DNA from: Asterionella formosa
Lineage: Eukaryota
Assembly (NCBI GenBank): GCA_002256025.1
Contig: NKIB01012257.1
Span: 62,001 to 84,891, forward strand
Length of the DNA: 22,891 nt
Reading direction: 5' to 3'
Shown: positions 8,172 through 17,797 of the stretch, piece after piece
How the letters are laid out: each line of letters opens with the position of its first letter
Position numbering within the stretch: the first letter of the stretch is position 1
The notes under the pieces: generated by a model
Told to the model about the DNA's origin: nothing
Database searches by the model: none
The model's input: the letters and a program-made list of their open reading frames with translations, nothing else
Program-made: the position numbers and the translations under genes

Positions 8172-9377
8172 TTACTTTTCCTCGCTCATTGAATTGGTTT
8201 GCATCTTTATCAACACAGTCAACAGCAGTACTGCAATACCCACCTTATGCCATCCTCCCTTGATACGTTTTTTACTTTCTACCGAATACCAAGCTCCTCC
8301 TCCCGTCACTGCCAGTAGCCCAAATCCAGTGGCCATATTAATGTCTTCCCCAAACCACAAAATGGCCATGACAATTGCAAACACCCGTTTGCCAGCATTG
8401 AGGAGTGAATGCGTCAGGGCAGTACAAAATCCAAGTGTAATCATACTAAAAATGTTGTAAAGTGGATGCCATGTAAGGACTTTCCAATTGAGCAAAACAA
8501 CAGTCGCAGCGGCAGGAGACAAGGGCTGCATGACAATCCCAAGAATGATTGTCATGAAACAAGAATGCAGGGATAGTTTCGTAAATTGTTGAATGGATCG
8601 TTCCATTTTTGCCAATTGCGAGTCCGCCGTATCAACCTGCCCCGTGGGCTCATTGACTGTAGACACGCGGTGTTGTCGTCTTTGCAAGACATTCCGACAC
8701 GACAAGGTGCAACCACTCAAAATGGCAAATAGCACCGAGTATGGGTGCGGTGGGTCCGGACGCACTCGAATCAAGGACACTGCGGCCCCTACCAAAACCA
8801 TCATACTGCTGACCACTCCTTGTGTGATGCGACCTTCTTCTGGAATGACAAGTTGTGACAATGCCAGCGTTTCAAAGGGTTCCAGCAACTTTAGGATTTG
8901 AACCAAGCTGGCTGACCCGAACATGAATCCAAGGTTGGTACAGACAGATCCGACGCCGTGAAGCGATCCAGCCACTACTTCGTCTTGATTGAGAGTGATC
9001 ATGGAAGTGAGAAAAGGAGGCGTGCGGTTGAGCACAAACGACAAAAGCAGCAGCAATGAATATCCAATGCAGGCGCCAAAGCCAAGTTGCAGGGCAGTGA
9101 CGACTGCCATTGTCGAAACGGCCGACGTGAGAGTCATTTCCTGCGATGACTCGCGAATGCGTTTGGCATAGGATTGTAGAGCGATTCCGTTGAATCCATT
9201 CGTCAAGTACCAAGCAGCAATGTTGGTGAGTAGCAAAACCAGGAAACGAAGGGCTGCCAGTGGATGGACAACGACTGCTTTCTGCTTGGTGTTGTTTGCG
9301 ACCTCGTGGCCGCCGTGCTCTTCATCCTCCCGAATCAGAGCTTCTCTCTCGGCTGTGTGTCTCGTCGGAGAGTTCAT
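8172..9377 (-). CDS. Triose-phosphate/nucleotide-sugar transporter family protein (TPT/SLC35, DMT superfamily), 401 aa
   Basis: About 10 hydrophobic segments. TPT-like motifs LHGVGSVCTNLGFMFGSASLVQILKLLEPF, LSCRNVLQR and LTHSLLNAGKRVFAIVMAILWF. No bipartite plastid presequence is visible. Confidence 0.82.
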   Translation of the reverse strand: MNSPTRHTAEREALIREDEEHGGHEVANNTKQKAVVVHPLAALRFLVLLLTNIAAWYLTNGFNGIALQSYAKRIRESSQEMTLTSAVSTMAVVTALQLGFGACIGYSLLLLLSFVLNRTPPFLTSMITLNQDEVVAGSLHGVGSVCTNLGFMFGSASLVQILKLLEPFETLALSQLVIPEEGRITQGVVSSMMVLVGAAVSLIRVRPDPPHPYSVLFAILSGCTLSCRNVLQRRQHRVSTVNEPTGQVDTADSQLAKMERSIQQFTKLSLHSCFMTIILGIVMQPLSPAAATVVLLNWKVLTWHPLYNIFSMITLGFCTALTHSLLNAGKRVFAIVMAILWFGEDINMATGFGLLAVTGGGAWYSVESKKRIKGGWHKVGIAVLLLTVLIKMQTNSMSEEK

Positions 9378-9964
9378 GGTGGATGGTTATTTATTTGTAC
9401 CGGGAATCTATTGACCGATCGTGGAATCCACAACTCATAGGTCAAAGTGCTGTTAATTTCTGTGAGCAGCTGTTTTAGAATGCACGAACATAACCGTGGA
9501 TTGTACACAGCTCCGATATATATGACTTTCAACCCCCCCCCCCGCTCCCCCCAATTCACTATTTCTGACTTACCGCGGCGGTACATATATATTTATAGAG
9601 AAAATGTTAACATTTTTGGTTGCTGCATTTGAAATACGGTACTAAGAAAATGTTACATGTTTATCCAATGTGGCCAATCAAACAGAGGAATGTAATTCAC
9701 GTTCACCAATCATATTCTATCATAAGTGGAAGCGGGCACTTACAATGGAATTTTTTGGACAGGAGATTTTAGGACGAAAAATTCCGGCACACAACTACCA
9801 TTCCGATGATGACGTTTCGGCACTTAATAATTCTGATTCTGATATTTTGGCGACCGTACTAGATAAGGCTGATTTTGTCGAGTTTTTGGACGATGATAGC
9901 TAAACGTTGGGCTGGGTCTGATGGCGATTTAGATACATACCGGTAGGTAACTTTCAAATAGCAT

Positions 9965-10116
9965 CAGTATATAATGTCTGGCAAGAAAACTGCAGAAAGG
10001 AACTTCGCTTTTTTACTATTCCAAATAAATAGATTTCCCCCGAATTTTCGAGTCTAATAGTATAGTTTAAAAACCGAAGTTCCTTTCTGCAGTTTCTGAC
10101 CAGATCCTATATACTG
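9965..10116. mobile_element. 152-bp MITE-like element with about 50-bp imperfect terminal inverted repeats
   Basis: Left arm CAGTATATAATGTCTGGCAAGAAAACTGCAGAAAGGAACTTCGCTTTTT versus reverse complement of right arm CAGTATATAGGATCTGGTCAGAAACTGCAGAAAGGAACTTCGGTTTTT. The core AAACTGCAGAAAGGAACTTCG is identical. No clear TSD. Confidence 0.7.
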
Positions 10117-11087
10117 ACAATATGTTGAGTGGACCTACACCCCTAGAACTTTGTCCGAAGACTGTATTTAAGCAAATGGAAAGGGTGTCTATTGGTGAAA
10201 GCTCCATTGAGCAATAAAGTACATATTTGGAAAGTCTGACTCAATATTATATTATAAACCCTGCCTTGAGCTAGGGGTTCAAATGCAGCAACCTTAAGGT
10301 TGCGGCCCCGCAGTTGCACATTGCAAGGTCCTTTTTCCCAAAATAATTATATGATGTACCTTAATCCACACATTATGTACAAGCAAGTACATATAATAGT
10401 TAAAGGTAAAATTAGCTTTCACCAATACGACCACTTTGCATATGCTTAGATACAGTCATTCCTCCACTTAGGGGTATGATCTATTTTCAGATATGCTGAG
10501 GACCTCATTTCTGGAGAGAAATGACAGTTATCCCTCTTGGAATCATTACTATCCAAGAAATAGTAAAAAAGGGGAAAAAAGCTTTTAAAAAATAAACGAG
10601 GGAAAACTGCCACTTCTATGCAGAAGTTAAATCCTGACGTTATAGGGTACACGGCTATCTATTTCATTCTAATGAATCCCCGTAGAGGTAGAGCAATCCT
10701 CCTCCAAAAAGTCGACCTGATCGGCTTTTTCAACAGTCGCAAAAATATTGGAATCAGAATTTGTACGTGCAAAAACGTTCTCGTCCACTTAGAATCTTGC
10801 GTAGGTATGCTTCGCTGAATAATTCTCAGTCCGAAAAGACTCCAGGGTAAGCGTCCGCGTCAATACACATATTCTGATTGGTTGAATCGAATTTATTCAC
10901 CTGCTCTAGATTTGCTGAAGTATCCCGGTCTTGTAAAATCCCGCCAGCCACCCTTGAACCACACGTATTATATTTCAAATGTTCCTAACTATTGCCGATA
11001 AGGAATCTTGTACGGTACTGTAAATCCAGAACGAAGGATGAACGGTTTTTCACTTTGGCCAGAAAAAATAATTTTGGAGACTTGAGG

Positions 11088-11238
11088 GAATTCCAGGAAT
11101 TTCCTGAAGCTTCCTTAGTACGCATTTCCTTACGTTTCCTGACATTTCCTCAAGTTTCCTGAAAGTCATAGTCATTTCCTGAAATTCATAAGAATTTCCT
11201 GAAAGTCATTATGTTTTCCTGAAAGTCATAGTCATTTG
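11088..11238. repeat. Degenerate tandem array, about 10-bp TTTCCT-cored units shifting to 20-bp TTTCCTGAAAGTCATAGTCA units
   Basis: Read directly: ...gaatttcctgaagcttccttag...tttccttacgtttcctgacatttcctcaagtttcctgaaagtcatagtcatttcctgaaattcataagaatttcctgaaagtcattatgttttcctgaaagtcatagtcattt. Confidence 0.85.
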
Positions 11239-11400
11239 CTTTGTATTCTCATTTTTGCAATTAAAAGAATTCCCCTATTAATTTCGCTGAATCGTGCTAT
11301 GTATAGAAGTTGTGCGTCCTTTAGTACAATTTATGATAACATATGTCGCTGTCCGGTAACACGTTGTCCGTTTCAGGAAAATGACCACAGCTTACAGGTA

Positions 11401-11494
11401 CAGCAACGCACCTTATGCGGTCATTTTGCTTCAATTTAAAATAGGATAAAGACAGTAAAATCCTTAGTTCAGCAAAATTACCACATCTTGCTGG
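11401..11494. mobile_element. 94-bp TA-flanked MITE, copy 1 (Tc1/mariner-like ends)
   Basis: TA|CAGCAA...TGCGGTCATTTTGCT ... AGCAAAATTACCACATCTTGCTGG|TA. The internal sequence aligns with copy 2 at 14029-14122. Confidence 0.7.
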
Positions 11495-12057
11495 TACATT
11501 GTATTAGGAAATGAGCAAAATTGACCGCGCCCATATTAATTTATATCATATATATGTTTTTATCGTCAATCTTGCTCCACATCAGCATAGTAAAATCATG
11601 CTGAAAAGCAAACTGGCAATGACTATGATGGCCTCGTCATTGGACATTTGATGGGATTTTTTTTCTGAGATTCTCCTTCTCTCAGCTCAACCTGCTCCTT
11701 TCTCATCTATACTCTTGTATGAAAGGAAACTCAAGATCTCAAGCAAGAATGGGTATTGTTGGCGCTTTTCTTGGTACGTTCGTTTTGTTTATTCTTCGCC
11801 TTTCTCTGTATCACTAACAAACAACTTCTCTATCTTGATATCATTCAGTGAGTGAGCAGCAAATGCGATTTAGTAAATATTCCATTGACATAGTAGAAGT
11901 AAATTGATGGTTACTAGAATCAAGCATGCAGGCGAAGGTGACGATGTGGTGAAAGATTAAAAATTTCAAGCAAAACAACACTAACTCACTTAAATCTCCT
12001 CTCCTGTTTTCCTCAGATACATTAGACAATGATTGCTTGTTGCTACTGAAAAAATGG

Positions 12058-12310
12058 TGAAATGGCAGTGCTGCTGTTTTCAGGCGGAGGTTAAAGAAGA
12101 ATGCTGCCGGAAGTCAAGCTGGCTGGAGCAAATGATGCTCTGCCCTTTTCGTTTTACTCAAGAATGACTTACTATGATTGCTCGACAAGGTAATTGAAAG
12201 TTTCAATTAAGATTCAAGAAGAGATTTTGAAACGGCAGTGCTGCTGTTATCAAGAGGATGTGAAATTAGTGCTGTGCAAAAACAAGCTGGAGTCGTGGTG
12301 CTCCGATTTG
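12058..12310. repeat. Diverged direct repeat pair about 170 bp apart
   Basis: TGAAATGGCAGTGCTGCTGTTTTCAGGCGGAGGTTAAA at 12058 versus TGAAACGGCAGTGCTGCTGTTATCAAGAGGATGTGAAA at 12228. Both are followed by CAAGCTGG...TGCTC. Confidence 0.6.
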
Positions 12311-12749
12311 GCTTTGCTCTCCTACTGCCTTGCGTTCCCACTACTAGTGCCAGCATTATACTATCTGGATTGCTAGTAATAAAATAGATCATACAAAATT
12401 TATTTACATTTATTCAACAGCTGCTTGTATTTTGATTGATTTCATTTATTTATAGAAATTACTTGATTGTTGGGAAAATATTCGTGGTTGGCGCTCAAGA
12501 TATTATTAGATCAGACATAAAAAAATATTGTTAGTTCGTCACAAAAATTATGTGGGTTTCTAAAAAATTATGGAAGTTGTCAAAACTATTTTGGCTCACT
12601 GTTATCATGAATATTATGTGATGTCAAACCCTTAAATTATATAAGTAGCCAAATTATCATATTGGGCCACCCAAATAATTTATTGGGTGATGACATTTGA
12701 CTAGCGTTTTTCTGGTGGCGGCTGTACCAATAATCGGCGTTGTAGATGT

Positions 12750-13562
12750 ACGAAACAATTGACACCGACCTGTCAATGACGATTTTCAGTAACTTTTCTT
12801 CCAGATGTGGTCAATTTTGCAGATAAAATAGTATTCAAGCCAAATAAGATTTTGATTGAGGCGGGAACAGAGTTTTTGGTGCATGATTTTCTGAAGCCAG
12901 CCAGGCGGTGTGATAGAGAGACAACTGTGGCTGGGTGGCTGTTCAACATTTTTTGGTGTGCTTGGCTCACATTCAGTATTTCAGTGAACAAAAGATATCT
13001 TGGATTTAATGAAACAACTGTGGGTCGATACAAGATCCTTTGATGGCGGGAAGCTTGCTTTTTTGGTGATATTTATTCTTTTTTAAGGCCTAAAAATTGG
13101 ACAAAGTGTTGCCTTTGTAGGAACCAACTGGGATGAAGACATGGTGCACAAAACATTGACCGACAGTGGCTACTCGTGTTCTCTTCTTCACAGAAGAGTC
13201 GAAAACGCCGAAAGAGACTCCACCATGGAAGCATTTCGTAATGGTGAGTCCAATGATATTATTACTAGCTAAGATACCAACCTATTGGCTCATGGTATTG
13301 ATGTAGACAATGTATGTCTTGAAATCAATTACGACGTCCCAGTTGATCAAGAGAGCAATCCAGAATTTTTTAACATATCTATACAGATTCGGTAGAGCTG
13401 GCCGTTTTGGACAAAAGGGAACAGCACATTATCTAAATTCGGTTCAATGAGCCATTGAAGTCTTGACTTCCATAGAAGCTCATTTTTCCAAATGGAAAGG
13501 AAATGATTGCTAACAACGCACCAGTTGATCCCAAAGAACTGGCAGAAATGATTGAAATCTAA
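12750..13562 (+). pseudogene. DBP5: DEAD-box RNA helicase DBP5/DDX19 pseudogene, 5'-truncated (motif III to C-terminus)
   Basis: Hand translation across frames gives KQLTPTCQ*RFSVTFLPDVVNFADKIVFKPNKILIEAGTEFL [probable intron] LDLMKQLWVDTRSFDGGKLAFL / IGQSVAFVGT...GYSCSLLHRRVENAERDSTMEAFRNGESNDIITS*DTNLLAHGIDVDNVCLEINYDVPVDQESNPEF / TYLYRFGRAGRFGQKGTA ... PVDPKELAEMIEI*. These are degenerate motifs III (SAT), IV, V (ARGID) and VI (HRIGRTGRFG). TNxLARGID and INYDxPVD--xPxFxTYL are DBP5-like. Stops at 12777 and 13270 plus several frameshifts. Confidence 0.85.
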
Positions 13563-14028
13563 TGGGTTGGAGATAGGAAAGTTGTTTCAGTGTCTTCTTG
13601 GTCCCAATTCAAACATTCTTACTGGTCCACAAGCATGAGGTCCCTGCCAAAAACGTGCCACGTATATTGATAGCAAAAGAATAATCATAAAAGTGTAGCT
13701 CACCTTTGCTTGTTAATACGAGGTTCTCCTCAATAAGGGCAACAATGCATGCAAGATCATCACAATCTGTGACTAGGTTATGGAATATGAGTAGTGGTAC
13801 ATGCTAGTCAACATACATTTATACATAGTTTAATATTATATATATCTATATAATCATGAGTTCCCTATAAGGCTGATACTGACCACTCGAGCTATTATTT
13901 TGAATTTAAATTAGCTATTTCATGCTATGAATAAATTTATATGCATCATGCACTGTTGCTGCTACTACCGGTTAAATTTGATGAGAATGGTCTGCATTCC
14001 CACAAGTTCCGGTAAGTATGCATACCTA

Positions 14029-14122
14029 CAAGAAGGTGCGGTCATTTTGCTTAAACCAACAATTTAATCTGGGATAAGGACATCTAAATCTTTAGTTCAG
14101 CAAAATTACCGCAACTTGCTGG
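14029..14122. mobile_element. 94-bp TA-flanked MITE, copy 2
   Basis: TA|CAAGAAGGTGCGGTCATTTTGCT ... AGCAAAATTACCGCAACTTGCTGG|TA, an imperfect TIR of about 24 bp. Shares internal CAATTTAA..GGATAA.GACA..AAATC.TTAGTTC with copy 1 in the same orientation. Confidence 0.72.
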
Positions 14123-14258
14123 TACTGTACTGCAAAAAACAAAACTATAAATAATAGTATTTTCTGGTACCCGGTATTTCAATCCCAGTACCAGCCATTA
14201 TGGTAGATCCGGCAGGCTGGTCAACAACTTAATTTCCTATTATCGCCTTGATTACTAC

Positions 14259-14300
14259 TGGAAGGCTCCTTGTTCTGATTGGAAGGCTCCTTGTTCTGAT
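14259..14300. repeat. Perfect 21-bp tandem duplication
   Basis: TGGAAGGCTCCTTGTTCTGAT occurs twice, head to tail. Confidence 0.9.
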
Positions 14301-16745
14301 AAGGTCTATATGAGCTCTAATAAAATCAACTCAAATGATCCATCATGCTTTGCTTTATTATTTGTAACTTCTGTGATCATTTAAGCTTGGGAAAATGGTC
14401 CCTTTCCTGCATGATCTTAAAGTTGTCGTCACAGAGAACAAAGAAGGCTCAAGGACAAAATAAAGAATGACAAAACGATTTTCTCATTTTGTTGCTCCTG
14501 ATAAGCAAGTTCTTGCATGAGCCATATTAAGCTAAGAATTCCTACTAGGAAAGGCCACCATCCCCATCCCCATCCCCAGTAGGAAAAATCCATGCATCAG
14601 CATCCTCCATTTTACTTGTATTGAAATGCACACTTGTCTTTGTACGTTTTCTAGGGGTACCGCTTTCTCCTTTGGTTTCTCTTTGATATTCCCTTCTTAA
14701 ACCTACAAACTAAGCCATTGAAGCAACGCCCAGGGAATTGAGAAACCATTAGAAGGGGTAATTTGAATACCCGCTAGATACACGTAATGAAAATTGCTCT
14801 TTTCAGATCATGAAACTGCATGTCTTGACAATGAAAACAGCCTGCCATGCACATGGTAACTGAAAAATGAATCATCCTCTAATGCATGATCGACTAACTT
14901 GAAAACCTGAAACAGATTTATTTTAGATGATCAACCATACACAATAATCAATCATGTCAATGCCTTGGGAATTGTGCTACTGCTTTTTATGTAGATCGTA
15001 TCTGGGCAGGAAAAACTGCCTCCAACTGTTGAAGAACCATTTGATTTATATAGCATGCAACCTTGAACACAATAATATTGATTCAGTTTAATCAAACACA
15101 CACTTTTCACGAGTAAATAAAATATGAAAAACTCTAAATGGAGCGTTCGCCATTGGACATCCGTTCCGTGATAGGCTTAGATAGGTACAGTCATTGGTCA
15201 AAGTATCACATGCAGCCTTCACCATTATATTCAAATGTGAATAAAAGCCGGGTTGCTTTAGCCTTTTTTCCTATATAGGTAAAACTTCTTTATCAAGTTT
15301 CACCAAAATTGTATTTCAGCCATTGAACAAACTCCTATTGTACTTTATAATATACCCCCTGAGCACTATAGAGCAGACCCAGGAGAAAATCATTAGCGAT
15401 GTTCAATCAATCAGCTGATCGACAATGCTGGTGGTGATATTGTTAGTTGCAGCAGTGATCTAATACCAGGTTTAATGATGAAAGACTAATTGAATTCATC
15501 ATTAGCGACTAAAATATGTGTTGGGGAATTTTGTGAATCTGCCGGATCTGTAGGCCATTTGCTGGATGATTTGCTTGCAATAGCATTACAAATATTGATT
15601 GCCCAACAATCAAACTTAGACTCGCATTTTGCCAATCTGCCCTCGATCATTACATCTCTCCATGGATTTACCAATCTAATGCTTCCCTTGTCCACCTGAT
15701 CTGTTGATTGTTGTGTTGCTTGAAACCTTTGCCAATCGTTCCTTGTCTGGTGGCTGCCAATGCTGTCCAACTTGAAGGATCGTCTTCCATTGACTTCACA
15801 AGTTAAAAATCAACCCATTTTTCAAATCATCTTGTTTATTGCTGCTGCTTTATTCTGTTGGAAGAAGATGTGCTACAATATCTGGTCTGCCACTCATGAA
15901 TTATGGTTAGAAGGTATCAGGTACGTCAGTCATCATCATCAGGGACAATAGGTGCAATTTTCTCACCTCCAAGGAACGGCTACCTACTACAGTACCCTAG
16001 AATCAGCCTGTTTGGTGCTGTATGACACCAATCAAGATGAACGAGGTAACAAGGATAAGTAACAATGATGACGATAATGGCAATGTGTCACAATGTAAAA
16101 TTTATGATCAACATGAATTGTTCCCCCAATCTACTTATTTTACCATGTTGTTATCAGGGGGAGAACAAAGTCTACTACTGGTACGGTTTCTACATGAGCA
16201 AAAATGTAAGCAGAGGCAGTCATGAATCTCCGAAGTTACGATGAAATCAACGCGATTGTTTGCGATTTTCAACTCCTTCGTCATATGGCTGGGCACCAGT
16301 ACCTTGGTACCAGGGGTACCAGGTCGCTGTGTGTAGTCTACATACCGGTATGTACTATCTACTCTTCATAGCTACGTAGCAGAAAGGTACATTTCATGAC
16401 ACATTCATACGCATGCATGTACGCGGCCATCATGGATACCTGTACTTCCCGATCCTTGGCGAACATGCGATTTCAAACTTCCCGAATTTAGACGACTTGG
16501 TGCCGCCACACGCCGCAGTAAAGCACATTTCCAGGATCTCAAGCCTGCCTTAGCTGTGGTCTATTTATCGAGACAGGTACCAGGTACCCTGGTACCGGTA
16601 GATCAACTATTCTTCGGTTCCGATACGCACCAAAGAAAACACCACCAAACGCCCACAACACAATGTATAAATAAGAAATCAAAGATTCAAGTGCGTTTTG
16701 CGTTTGTTGATCCCCTTTCTTTCCCACAAGCAAATTTCCACAAGG

Positions 16746-17594
16746 ATGCAATACAGTAGTTCACATTTTCTCCTTCTTTCGTTGTTCGCAGTAGTTGTAT
16801 CATTTTGCAATTCATTTCAAATTAAAATGAGCAAGCGACCCCTATCACCAGCATTGCCAAATAGTCGAAAGAAACATGGCCATGCTGCTGCTACTACTAC
16901 TCCTGCAACTACTCATCAATCTCCTACAACTACCGCCTTTAAAATCTATTGTGACTTGGATGGTGTTTTAGTTGACTTTGGCAAAGGAGTTCATCAAGTT
17001 TGTGGTCATCGTCCAGAACATTTGTCTAAATCACGAATGTGGAGTCTCTTGGCCAAGCAAGATGGATTTTATACTAACTTACCATGGATGAAGGGTGGCC
17101 GGGAATTATGGAATGCCATTCGTCCTTTGGGGCCAGATATATTGACAGGTGTACCAATGTACCCCAAGGCACGGGTAGAAAAGGCATTATGGTGTCAACG
17201 GGAACTGGGGATTTCAACCAACCATGTCGACATGGCAGGTCACAAGAGTACACATGTGGTCGTTTCTGGAAGGAAACAACATGGAATGACCAATGTCATT
17301 ACTTGTTGGTCCAAAAATAAACATCATGAAGTGAAACAACAACATTCAAGGGCTGTACTAATTGATGATCGGGAAGAATTGGGAATCATGTGGGAAAGGG
17401 CTGGTGGGATCTTTATTCATCATACACCAGGACATGTGGAACCAACATTGACAAAATTAAAAGAGCATGGAATTTTGCCAAGTGATTGTGACAACAACAA
17501 CAACAGCAATAACACTCCTGGTGTATCGACATCACTGGTGACAAGGTCGAGCATGTCGTTACCGGACTATGATTTGCCTCCCGATACACCATAA
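16746..17594 (+). CDS. HAD-superfamily phosphatase, 5'(3')-deoxyribonucleotidase (NT5C)-like, 282 aa from ATG 16746
   Basis: HAD motif I IYCDLDGVLVDF, then FYTNLPWMKGGRELW, motif II ILTG, KALWC, motif III SKNK, motif IV VLIDDR and WERAGGIFIHH. The N-terminus resembles a signal peptide. The ORF track starts at TTG 16698. Confidence 0.85.
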   Translation: MQYSSSHFLLLSLFAVVVSFCNSFQIKMSKRPLSPALPNSRKKHGHAAATTTPATTHQSPTTTAFKIYCDLDGVLVDFGKGVHQVCGHRPEHLSKSRMWSLLAKQDGFYTNLPWMKGGRELWNAIRPLGPDILTGVPMYPKARVEKALWCQRELGISTNHVDMAGHKSTHVVVSGRKQHGMTNVITCWSKNKHHEVKQQHSRAVLIDDREELGIMWERAGGIFIHHTPGHVEPTLTKLKEHGILPSDCDNNNNSNNTPGVSTSLVTRSSMSLPDYDLPPDTP

Positions 17595-17797
17595 TTGACT
17601 ACAATATGGTGTTGCAACGGACAATGAAATGATCATAGCTATGCGGTTGTTGTAACGAGGAGGATTTTAGAATGCCATTTATAATTATAGTGTGAAAAGA
17701 GTCTAAGGTTTTCAATTGAGTACACTCATGTTACAGAATCCCATTTTTGTAAGTTACTATCGTTAGTTCTGGCCCAGTTTACTGGTATCCTCTTAAT

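Noticed and set aside
9670..9903. 77-aa ORF with an acidic tail
   Set aside because: GTG start (only 52 aa from the first ATG), no recognisable domain, and located at the edge of the repeat island. It may be a TE remnant but cannot be supported as a gene.
10288..10303. Perfect 16-bp palindrome GCAACCTTAAGGTTGC (also AAAATGTTAACATTTT at 9601-9616)
   Set aside because: Isolated, with no associated element or gene context that would assign a function.
11088..11238. Possible CRISPR array
   Set aside because: Units are contiguous with no unique spacers, there are no cas genes, and the context is eukaryotic.
12801..12822. CCAGATGTGGTCAATTTTGC resembling the 94-bp MITE TIR
   Set aside because: It lies within the DBP5 pseudogene frame (PDVVNFA) and has no partner arm, so it is probably coincidental.
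14539..14586. TTCCTACT...AGTAGGAA inverted pair around (CCATCC)3
   Set aside because: The stem is only 8 bp around a microsatellite, too short to call an element or RNA gene.
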